Positions 1 through 4,014 of a stretch of DNA of 5,582 nt are shown here, in pieces; positions within the stretch are counted from its first letter, which is position 1, and every line of letters starts with the position of its first letter. The notes under the pieces are model-generated. The model worked only from the letters and a program-made list of their open reading frames with translations. It made no database searches and was not told the DNA's origin. The stretch is from the IMG/VR virus record IMGVR_UViG_3300009507_000007, positions 1-5,582 of that record; one strand, written 5' to 3'. The DNA is from a virus. A program made the position numbers and the translations under genes.

Positions 1-123
1 TCAACAAACCCAACGCTAAATGAAGACTTTTATTTATGTTCAGGTTTGCACAAAAAAGTATTTGCCGATCAAATATCAGACAGTTTTGAAATTACATGTC
101 TTACAGATATGTCGATTGTAGGA
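1..123. repeat. Terminal redundancy (copy 1), identical to 5460..5582; circular-assembly overlap
   Basis: Manual base-by-base comparison gives 123/123 identity with the last 123 nt of the window. Confidence 0.97.
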
Positions 124-219
124 AACACCGTATTCGGTGCAGGTCTACAAGAAACTGATGCAACATCTGATTACGACACAATCACTTCACAAGTCGATTC
201 CTCGCGTATCGTTAAGTGA
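1..219 (+). CDS. Major capsid protein, 3' end (continues from 4011..5459 across the circular junction); stop TGA at 217..219
   Basis: Frame 1 is open from position 1 to TGA 217..219, and 1..123 duplicates 5460..5582 in the same frame. The joined ORF (4011..5459 plus 1..219) is 1668 nt, giving 555 aa. Confidence 0.85.
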   Translation, partial: STNPTLNEDFYLCSGLHKKVFADQISDSFEITCLTDMSIVGNTVFGAGLQETDATSDYDTITSQVDSSRIVK

Positions 220-223
220 TAAA

Positions 224-258
224 ATGCGGGGTAGCCCTCCCCTACCCCGCATATATTT
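224..258 (+). terminator. Intrinsic-terminator-like hairpin just downstream of the capsid gene
   Basis: Perfect 11-bp stem ATGCGGGGTAG (224..234) pairs with CTACCCCGCAT (242..252), with a 7-nt loop CCCTCCC. It is followed by ATATTT. The T tract is short and interrupted, so termination is likely partial. Confidence 0.6.
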
Positions 259-273
259 AAAAAGGAAAATGAA

Positions 274-798
274 ATGAACAGAATTAAACACGGCAATATA
301 AATAAATGGTCACAAGCAAAAGCGGGCGACGTAATTGAATTTGCATCAAGCAAACCAAGACATGTAAAGTTTGAAGTAACTGCAAACAGTAATATCGAAT
401 TATGGGTTGCAAACGACAACAAAATGTCTGACGCCGTATTGGTGGGAACATCAAACGGAAAAACAGAAATTCAATATACAGCACCCGCCACAACGTATGT
501 GCAAATTAAAGCTGAAAAATCAGCGGCAGTATTTGTAAATATACCAGATATCGATCAATCAGTACAAAATAGCGATGAACCTAGCTACACGTCTATCGAG
601 CCACGTGTAAACAACAGCACTGAATTTGATCGAATGGTTGCATTTATGAAACACAACGAAACGCAACGTAATGCACAATTAGAAGCTGAAAGATCAGCTT
701 TAAGAGCAGAAGTAGCAAAAATTAAAGCAGAAGCTGAAACAGTAGTTGAAGCGCCACAAGAGGCAGAAACAGAAGATGCAGGAGAAACCCCCGAGTAA
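274..798 (+). CDS. Hypothetical structural or assembly protein, 174 aa (possibly scaffold-like or decoration); function unknown
   Basis: ATG at 274 is preceded by AAGGA (262..266) at 7-nt spacing. The ORF fills the gap between capsid and peptidase. The N-terminal ~95 aa looks beta-rich. The C-terminal ~60 aa is heptad-like and helical with an acidic tail (AQLEAERSALRAEVAKIKAEAETVVEAPQEAETEDAGETPE). Confidence 0.75.
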   Translation: MNRIKHGNINKWSQAKAGDVIEFASSKPRHVKFEVTANSNIELWVANDNKMSDAVLVGTSNGKTEIQYTAPATTYVQIKAEKSAAVFVNIPDIDQSVQNSDEPSYTSIEPRVNNSTEFDRMVAFMKHNETQRNAQLEAERSALRAEVAKIKAEAETVVEAPQEAETEDAGETPE

Positions 799-1312
799 GT
801 TTCTACGCTGGATACGGTTTATAGACCGTATCCAGTTTTGGCACCGTGATGAACTGGTGCATAAAACACACGTAGAAGCGGCAAGATCATTAGCAGAACC
901 TAATGCATCAAAATCACTCTGGGTTAAAATTCAGCAAACAGAAAACGATTATGTAGGGGTACATCCCGATATAATTGAGTTTTGGAAAGCATTTTCCAAA
1001 GCAATGAAGCGACGGAATATACCAATCCGAGCGTTTGAATTTGTACGGTCTGCAGAACGACAACAAGAGTTATTTGATAAAGGCAGAAGCAAAGCATCTG
1101 CCGGATTTGGAGCACATCAGTACGGAATGGCCGTGGATATTATTCACGCAACCCGTGGTTGGAATTTAAGTAAAAAAGAGTGGGATTGCATGGTTGCAAT
1201 CGGCAAAGAAGTTGCACGCAAACGCAATATTAAATTGGACTCAGGACATGATTGGAATTTCTGGGACCCAGCTCATTGGGAAATAGACAATTGGCAAGAC
1301 CAAATCAAATAA
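776..1312 (+). CDS. Zinc metallopeptidase, M15 family (VanY / L-alanyl-D-glutamate peptidase-like); probable peptidoglycan hydrolase (endolysin)
   Basis: Motifs read in translation: RSAERQQELF, then H-x6-D as HQYGMAVD (H at 1115..1117, D at 1136..1138), then the distal His in DPAHWE (H at 1274..1276). This is the His/Asp/His zinc triad arrangement of M15 peptidases. The start is uncertain. The track uses TTG at 746, the first ATG is 776 (AAGAGG 12 nt upstream), and GTG at 857 lies downstream of the hairpin. No N-terminal hydrophobic signal sequence is present. Confidence 0.87.
   Translation: MQEKPPSKFLRWIRFIDRIQFWHRDELVHKTHVEAARSLAEPNASKSLWVKIQQTENDYVGVHPDIIEFWKAFSKAMKRRNIPIRAFEFVRSAERQQELFDKGRSKASAGFGAHQYGMAVDIIHATRGWNLSKKEWDCMVAIGKEVARKRNIKLDSGHDWNFWDPAHWEIDNWQDQIK
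808..840 (+). terminator. Intrinsic-terminator-like hairpin 10 nt after the stop of the 174-aa ORF, located inside the 5' part of the peptidase reading frame
   Basis: Stem CTGGATACGGT (808..818) pairs with ACCGTATCCAG (825..835), 11 bp, with a ~6-nt loop. It is immediately followed by TTTTG (836..840). Confidence 0.55.
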
Positions 1313-1318
1313 AAAACA

Positions 1319-1336
1319 GTAAGTTGAATAACTTAC
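1319..1336 (+). other. Small stem-loop directly after the peptidase stop
   Basis: GTAAGTT (1319..1325), loop GAAT, AACTTAC (1330..1336), giving a 7-bp stem. No downstream T tract, so it is not a canonical terminator. Confidence 0.3.
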
Positions 1337-1340
1337 ACAA

Positions 1341-1383
1341 GGCAAACGGAACGGAAACTCCAAGTATTGGAGTTCCGTTTGCC
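1341..1383 (+). other. Large imperfect hairpin with two alternative foldings in the peptidase-Rep spacer; candidate replication origin or primosome signal, or an RNA structure
   Basis: GGCAAACGGAAC (1341..1352) is the exact reverse complement of GTTCCGTTTGCC (1372..1383), a 12-bp stem. Alternatively AACTCCA (1356..1362) pairs with TGGAGTT (1368..1374), extended by AACGG (1350..1354) with CCGTT (1375..1379) around a bulged A. The duplicated CGGAA allows this register slippage. Confidence 0.5.
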
Positions 1384-1452
1384 GACCAGATATCCCTACC
1401 CTTGTTAAGATATGCATTTAGTGACACCAAACTACAGGAACAGCAGTAAATT

Positions 1453-2487
1453 ATGTGCATAGCACCAGTAAAATTAGATGATGGGACGGAAGTTGGGTGT
1501 CGCGAATGCTGGCAATGCCGCAAACGTAGAGTTAACGATTACGTTGGAAGATGCATTGCCGAAAGTAAGTTTTCGAAAAAAACTTACGCTGTAACATTAA
1601 CGTATAACGGAGACCAAGGCGTTAATGCAGTAACGTTAATTTATAAAGACGTTCAGGATTTTCTTAAAAGACTGCGTAAAAAACATAAATGTCGTTACAT
1701 CGTTACCGGAGAATACGGTAGCGCAAAAGGACGCTCACATTGGCATATAATACTATTCTTTAAGGATAGTTGGCCAGAAGTGACGTCAAACAAAAGGGTA
1801 GATTGGAAATATTGGAAACATGGTTTCAGTTATTTTCAAGAACCGGATTGGAAAGGTTTTGAATATTGCCTGAAATATGTTCTGAAAGATCAGACATCAA
1901 GGCAAAGTGATAGCCATTTGGCTATGAGCAAAAAACCACCACTAGGCCACGAGTTTTTTCAACAGTTAGCGAAGCAACACGTTGAACAAGCCCTCGTCCC
2001 ACAAACATATTTTTATAAGTTTGGCGACGTAAGGGATTATAAAAACAGAGAAAAAGGGTTTATGATGCAAGGAAAAACAAGAGAAAATTTTATGGAAACT
2101 TTTGTCAAAGAGTGGGAGGATAGATACTCTCACGAACCGTTATCGGAATTAGTAACAGATTATTACGACGATATAACGGAAATAGAGTACACGGACGAAG
2201 AACTGTACGAAAGATTGCATTATCAACCTGTAAAATATGTAGAACCATGGATCGAAGGACAAGGAGACGGAATATTTAAAGATATAGAATTAGTAGAAGC
2301 AACGTATGACGGAATACCAATATGTTATTGGGATAATAAAAACAAAACAGGCATACATATAGTGACGGAGAACGACGAATGGCACGAAGAAAGACCCGAA
2401 GTAATAAAAACAATAAAACAAGGACAACAAATACAACGACGGCGATCCTACGCCGAAGTACAGTACGCGGAATTGGACGAAATATAG
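1453..2487 (+). CDS. Rolling-circle replication initiator protein (HUH endonuclease; Microviridae gene A / VP4-like), 344 aa
   Basis: N-terminal Cys cluster MCIAP...GCRECWQCRKRR. Motif I is AVTLTY. Motif II (HUH) is SHWHIILF, with HWH at 1738..1746. Motif III is the double-Tyr EYCLKYVLK (from 1864), which matches the Y-x-x-K-Y-x-x-K pattern of the phiX174 A protein active site. Confidence 0.93.
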   Translation: MCIAPVKLDDGTEVGCRECWQCRKRRVNDYVGRCIAESKFSKKTYAVTLTYNGDQGVNAVTLIYKDVQDFLKRLRKKHKCRYIVTGEYGSAKGRSHWHIILFFKDSWPEVTSNKRVDWKYWKHGFSYFQEPDWKGFEYCLKYVLKDQTSRQSDSHLAMSKKPPLGHEFFQQLAKQHVEQALVPQTYFYKFGDVRDYKNREKGFMMQGKTRENFMETFVKEWEDRYSHEPLSELVTDYYDDITEIEYTDEELYERLHYQPVKYVEPWIEGQGDGIFKDIELVEATYDGIPICYWDNKNKTGIHIVTENDEWHEERPEVIKTIKQGQQIQRRRSYAEVQYAELDEI

Positions 2488-2681
2488 AAATATATAGTCC
2501 ACCCGATGAACAACGGGAGCGAACAGCCGCACCACCTCCCGAACGGGATCTAGCGAAGCGGAAAAAATCCCCGAAAAACTTTACGGTCAGAGATCTGCGG
2601 ATAAGGTGTAAGGACAGACCCAAAAAAAACACCCCTACTGGGGGATCAGGGTCTAAAAAAACATTTGTACCTTGGTGTTAA
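2379..2681 (+). CDS. Candidate overlapping gene: highly basic, low-complexity 100-aa protein (possible DNA-binding or packaging protein); uncertain
   Basis: ATG at 2379 has GGAG (2367..2370) 8 nt upstream. It overlaps the last 109 nt of Rep in a different frame and then occupies the otherwise unassigned 2488..2681. By hand count it has about 28 K/R and about 8 D/E. Caveat: this stretch is T-poor, so long stop-free frames arise by composition alone. Confidence 0.4.
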   Translation: MARRKTRSNKNNKTRTTNTTTAILRRSTVRGIGRNIEIYSPPDEQRERTAAPPPERDLAKRKKSPKNFTVRDLRIRCKDRPKKNTPTGGSGSKKTFVPWC

Positions 2682-2842
2682 AAGTAAAAAAATGATACAT
2701 TTTTAAAAAAAGTGCTTTACATTTACAAATGTACAAAGCTATAAAAACGTATGGGTCAACACAACGAGTCTCATAATGGTATCATAATATATATTATCGG
2801 CCATTGAGCGTTTTGACCCTTCTATAAAAGAAGGAGTAAAAA
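2682..2842 (+). promoter_or_regulatory. Main AT-rich non-coding region with repeated TACATTT/AAATGTA motifs and promoter-like hexamers
   Basis: No credible ORF lies here. TACATTT occurs at 2696..2702 and 2718..2724, ACATTTGTA at 2661..2669, and its inverted copy TACAAATGT at 2724..2732. TCATAAT is duplicated at 2771..2777 and 2782..2788. The region sits directly upstream of the coupled gene block that starts at 2843. Confidence 0.4.
2716..2745 (+). promoter_or_regulatory. Candidate sigma70-like promoter (TTTACA - 18 nt - TATAAA)
   Basis: The -35-like TTTACA is at 2716..2721 and the -10-like TATAAA at 2740..2745, with an 18-nt spacer. It overlaps the TACATTT/AAATGTA palindrome and would drive the 2843..219 gene block. 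Confidence 0.25.
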
Positions 2843-3022
2843 TTGCAATTACTACTAATTAAACAAATTCTAAAACCGATTATCACTAGATGTGGTACTA
2901 TGCTTGGCGCTTCGCTTGCGGGCGCAGGAATAGCAGTTGGTACAACTGAAAGTATCGTTTTGGGATTTACCGCTTTAGCGGGAGTATCGATAGACCTCAT
3001 AACACGGAGGTGGATCAAATGA
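2843..3022 (+). CDS. Unlisted small hydrophobic protein, 59 aa, TTG start; candidate holin-like membrane protein
   Basis: A perfect AAGGAG (2831..2836) lies 6 nt upstream of TTG 2843, and an in-frame TAA precedes at 2837..2839. Translation: (M)QLLLIKQILKPIITRCGTMLGASLAGAGIAVGTTESIVLGFTALAGVSIDLITRRWIK. It has two Gly/Ala-rich hydrophobic stretches and a positively charged C-terminus. The stop TGA (3020..3022) overlaps the next ATG as ATGA. At 59 aa it is one residue below the track cutoff. Confidence 0.55.
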   Translation: MQLLLIKQILKPIITRCGTMLGASLAGAGIAVGTTESIVLGFTALAGVSIDLITRRWIK

Positions 3023-3114
3023 AATTAAAAGACATCATAATAGCAACGATAGCGGGAATAGTAATGGGTTTAGCCCTATTCTCGGATACATTGTTAAATG
3101 CGGGAGTTATATAA
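3019..3114 (+). CDS. Unlisted small single-pass membrane protein, 31 aa
   Basis: GGAGGTG (3006..3012) lies 6 nt upstream of ATG 3019. Translation: MKLKDIIIATIAGIVMGLALFSDTLLNAGVI, with a charged N-terminus followed by a ~17-residue hydrophobic helix. The start overlaps the upstream stop (ATGA), and the stop TAA (3112..3114) is 1 nt before the ATG at 3116. Confidence 0.55.
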   Translation: MKLKDIIIATIAGIVMGLALFSDTLLNAGVI

Positions 3115-3115
3115 T

Positions 3116-3946
3116 ATGTGGGGAGCAATAGCCACAGCGGCAATAGGCGCATTAGGCGCACGCAAAACAGCAAAAGCTATGCAAGGAGCAAATGATTTAG
3201 ATTTAGCTAAATTAAGACGCGAAGCAGAGCAAAATGGGTTTAACCCATTAACAGTACTACGAGCAACAGGCGGTCAAGGTAGTACAAAAGGCCCATCTGG
3301 CAATTTAGCCAGTGGGGCATTTTTTCAAACATTTGCACAAGGAATACCAAGTATACTTGAATCAAATTACAATAAAAAAATGAAACAAGCACAGCTTGCA
3401 AATGTTAACGCAAGTACAGAAAATTTGTTAGCAAGTGCAAAATCAATGTCAGGACAAAGTTCTGCAAACGATTTTATTGAAAAACATGCAGTACCAATGT
3501 TAGTTCCAATCACAACAGGTGGTATGGAAGGTAAGCAAAAAGTACTATATATGGGTATAAACCCAGAATTAATGGAAACCCAATTAAGCGAAGCAATGGG
3601 TTCAATGATAGTACAGGGTTTACAATATTCATATCAAAATGGTGTACCTGCATCTGGTTTTACAAAATTAATAAAGGGGTTACCCCCTGCCCTAAAAAAA
3701 TCATTAAACAATATTATGGGTGAATTTGAAAAAACAGGAAAAATACCAACACAGGCACAAATTACAAAAGCATTAGCATCTGAATTTACTGGCCAACAGT
3801 TAGACAGATCGTTGCAACAATTTGAGGCATTAATTGGACACCAACGTAAGAAACCAAAGTTGGAAAGTGAACCTGATTACTACAGTAAAATATCAGGTGT
3901 GCCAATAAATCAGCAACAAAAAATTATGGAAGAATTATTTCCATAA
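3116..3946 (+). CDS. DNA pilot / minor capsid protein (Microviridae VP2 / gene H-like), 276 aa from ATG 3116 (track start 3098 is an alternative)
   Basis: The N-terminus MWGAIATAAIGALGARK is Gly/Ala-rich and hydrophobic. It is followed by AKLRREAEQNGFNPLTVL, which resembles the AGLNPML-type segment I recall from gokushovirus VP2 proteins. Size and position next to the capsid gene also fit. GGGAG (3102..3106) lies 9 nt upstream of ATG 3116, whereas ATG 3098 has no SD and lies inside the 31-aa ORF. Confidence 0.72.
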   Translation: MWGAIATAAIGALGARKTAKAMQGANDLDLAKLRREAEQNGFNPLTVLRATGGQGSTKGPSGNLASGAFFQTFAQGIPSILESNYNKKMKQAQLANVNASTENLLASAKSMSGQSSANDFIEKHAVPMLVPITTGGMEGKQKVLYMGINPELMETQLSEAMGSMIVQGLQYSYQNGVPASGFTKLIKGLPPALKKSLNNIMGEFEKTGKIPTQAQITKALASEFTGQQLDRSLQQFEALIGHQRKKPKLESEPDYYSKISGVPINQQQKIMEELFP

Positions 3947-4014
3947 TGTGCGCCAAGTGTAAAAAAATACGAAAAATTATAACTAAAATCATTGCAAGGA
4001 GAAAACGCAAATGA
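3946..4014 (+). CDS. Unlisted 22-aa extremely basic micro-ORF (MCAKCKKIRKIITKIIARRKRK); candidate J-like DNA-binding/packaging peptide
   Basis: The ATG 3946..3948 overlaps the pilot stop TAA 3944..3946 (TAATG). Its stop TGA 4012..4014 overlaps the capsid ATG 4011..4013 (ATGA). It exactly fills the pilot-capsid spacer. It has 11 of 22 residues K/R, no acidic residues and a CxxC motif. Its position immediately upstream of the capsid gene mirrors phiX174 gene J upstream of gene F. Confidence 0.55.
   Translation: MCAKCKKIRKIITKIIARRKRK

Noticed and set aside
1-123. The 123-nt direct repeat at both window ends could be read as the terminal repeats of a linear mobile element or an LTR/DTR.
   Set aside because: The capsid ORF reads in frame through the end of the window into position 1 and on to a stop at 217..219. 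The repeat lies inside a gene and has no inverted-repeat ends. The simplest explanation is the overlap of a circular genome assembly.
1252-1449. A + strand 65-aa ORF (TTG start) overlapping the peptidase 3' end and spanning the spacer up to 3 nt before the Rep ATG.
   Set aside because: The product is featureless and the frame runs through the strong hairpins at 1319..1383, which look like structural nucleic-acid elements. It has a non-ATG start. An AGGA 5 nt upstream keeps it marginally possible, so this is a low-confidence rejection.
1453-2487. A possible internal in-frame restart within Rep giving an A*-like shorter protein, for example at the MM pair after AAAAGGG near 2060.
   Set aside because: This rests only on analogy to phiX174 A*. 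The putative SD spacing is poor and nothing in the sequence distinguishes this Met from other internal Mets.
2533-2539. CACCTCC, identical to the 16S anti-SD core and complementary to the GGAGGTG SD at 3006..3012, suggesting a long-range SD-sequestering interaction.
   Set aside because: It is only 7 nt and lies about 470 nt away, with no supporting flanking complementarity. It is expected by chance in a C-rich stretch.
2276-2632. Minus-strand ORFs of 118 aa (2276..2632) and 81 aa (2290..2535).
   Set aside because: They lie antisense to Rep and to the T-poor segment. A + strand lacking T gives few TTA/CTA/TCA triplets, so stop-free minus frames arise by composition alone. The products are low-complexity (runs of F/L/R/V), no SD was seen, and all recognisable genes here are on the + strand, as is the rule for known microviruses.
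2751-2807. An 18-aa ORF (MGQHNESHNGIIIYIIGH) in the AT-rich region.
   Set aside because: It has no SD and no coupling to neighbours, and it overlaps the promoter-like TCATAAT repeats. It is most likely non-coding.
2813-2843. A promoter-like TTGACC - 18 nt - TAAAAA.
   Set aside because: Its predicted start site would fall at or downstream of the TTG 2843 start codon and would remove the perfect AAGGAG SD (2831..2836). The AAGGAG/TTG reading explains the same bases better.
3098-3115. The track start ATG 3098 for the pilot-like protein (MRELYNMWGA...).
   Set aside because: No SD lies upstream and the codon sits inside the 31-aa ORF. ATG 3116 has GGGAG at 9-nt spacing and begins 1 nt after that ORF's stop, giving the Gly/Ala-rich N-terminus expected for pilot proteins. 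The 3098 start cannot be fully excluded.
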